From positions 1 to 25,752 of IMG/VR virus record IMGVR_UViG_3300037461_000219: a stretch of DNA of 25,752 nt. The stretch is one strand, 5' to 3'. Shown in pieces: positions 24,778-25,752 of the stretch. The notes beneath the pieces were generated by a model. It did not search any database and had not been told where the DNA came from. It saw only the letters and a list, made by a program, of their open reading frames with translations. Made by a program: the position numbers and the translations under genes. The DNA is from a virus (taxonomy: Duplodnaviria > Caudoviricetes). The stretch's first letter is position 1. Each line of letters starts with the position of its first letter.

Positions 24778-25154
24778 TCCTTACAAAGGATAATAGCTGA
24801 CCCACGACTTATTTCAGCCTCGCAATACATACACCTTATTTCCTCGTCAAAAAGATTAAAATATAACCTTTTCTGTTCAGCCAAAGCCTCCCTCAGTTCA
24901 TCCCTCTGCCGCAGTAGCTCGGAAGGAACGGAACGGAGGTTCCACTTTTCCGTTGCAGTGTAATCACACCACTGATGCGACCTGACAATAGCCCCCGTTC
25001 TTTGCTCGGTATGACAGACAGTACATTTGATGTGCACGCTCCTCTTTTTCGTATAATCATTGCCTATGAATATCTTTTCGGCTTTACCGCCGCAAAAGGG
25101 GCACGGCAGTAATTCTCCCTTTGTTATTTTCAGGTCTTTCATCGCTTTGGTCAT
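24753..25154 (-). CDS. Lar-family restriction-alleviation-like protein
   Basis: LLPCPFCGG...CTVC...ATEKWNLR, plus a coiled coil and a second CxxC pair. Confidence 0.75.
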   Translation of the reverse strand: MTKAMKDLKITKGELLPCPFCGGKAEKIFIGNDYTKKRSVHIKCTVCHTEQRTGAIVRSHQWCDYTATEKWNLRSVPSELLRQRDELREALAEQKRLYFNLFDEEIRCMYCEAEISRGSAIILCKECAENTEL

Positions 25155-25160
25155 TGGTTA

Positions 25161-25409
25161 TTATTCAATCCAGTTCTCGTTCATAAAATCATCAACATCA
25201 CTTTCTCTCGGTGTGCCAAATACATAGTCACGCATACCCGTTGTTAGATAGTGGTCATATCTTATCAGTTCTCCACGTATCACGCTGCGGAGGTCGGCAC
25301 GGAGTTCCTCAGTACGGTCCTCCATCTTCCATCCTTCTTCGGCGTAGGGCCATCCCCACTTCTCGACTAACTTTTCCGCCGTCATCTCCGGCTTTGTTTC
25401 TTTTGACAT
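25161..25409 (-). CDS. Hypothetical protein
   Basis: 82 aa, in operon. Confidence 0.6.
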   Translation of the reverse strand: MSKETKPEMTAEKLVEKWGWPYAEEGWKMEDRTEELRADLRSVIRGELIRYDHYLTTGMRDYVFGTPRESDVDDFMNENWIE

Positions 25410-25411
25410 AG

Positions 25412-25681
25412 CTATCTGAATCTCGCATTAAATACCTGTTCGCACGCATGAATCAAATGCTGTGCTTTGTCTTCTTTATGCAGGGATTTTTCACTCTTTA
25501 ATCTGTCAGTGATGTAGCTCCTGGTTGATTCATTCACGGGACAGGTACCAACAAAATGGTAAAAGTCCCACAGGTCAGAATACTTTCTTCGTGAAACACA
25601 CTTCCGGTTTATCTCTGATTGCTGCACCCATAAAATATAGGCCGCAATTCCAATGACTAAAAGAATGAGTAGGATTTTCAT
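25412..25681 (-). CDS. Hypothetical protein with N-terminal membrane anchor
   Basis: MKILLILLVIGIAAYILWV. Confidence 0.6.
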   Translation of the reverse strand: MKILLILLVIGIAAYILWVQQSEINRKCVSRRKYSDLWDFYHFVGTCPVNESTRSYITDRLKSEKSLHKEDKAQHLIHACEQVFNARFR

Positions 25682-25683
25682 GA

Positions 25684-25752
25684 TTATAGTTTTTTAAAGG
25701 TTATCACCCAGACGAAAGGATTGTTCCCCCATGATCCTTTGCCATTGATGGA
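25684..25752 (-). CDS. 3' end of a conserved phage (ASCH/PUA-like) protein, partial
   Basis: Manually translated: SINGKGSWGNNPFVWVITFKKL*, the common SW..NP.VWV..F C-terminus. Confidence 0.7.
   Translation of the reverse strand, partial: SINGKGSWGNNPFVWVITFKKL

Overview
A 25.7-kb piece of a tailed (siphovirus-like) phage or prophage of a Bacteroidota host. Host evidence is six intergenic TAnnTTTG -7 promoter motifs and Gln-after-signal-peptide proteins. All credible genes are on the minus strand. In transcription order (right to left): small accessory genes (Lar-like, Zn-finger proteins, an HYR-like lipoprotein, an RNAP alpha-CTD-like protein), terS, terL, a tail assembly chaperone with a probable -1 frameshift, tail completion and tail proteins, tape measure, a small HTH, an inserted cassette, ClpP-type prohead protease/scaffold, major capsid, tail tube, portal, head-tail adaptor, an SGNH + DUF285/BspA repeat protein, and a membrane/lysis-like cluster. 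The top signal is the self-contained cassette at ~9917-11385: promoter, structured leader, a Cas7/RAMP-like gene, a coupled 150-aa gene, a non-coding array of alternating GGY/NN motifs split into four units by GGCAG(G/T)T, and a terminator. It looks like a non-CRISPR RNA-guided system; from memory it matches the recently reported VIPR-type systems, which needs verification. Reading only the variable NN dinucleotides and skipping every third target base, unit 4 matches 20/28 nt of the start of the adjacent clpP gene in codon phase, suggesting it targets the head operon of a related phage. The second highlight is a metacaspase whose catalytic His block lies C-terminal to the catalytic Cys. All calls are by eye; no database searches were run.
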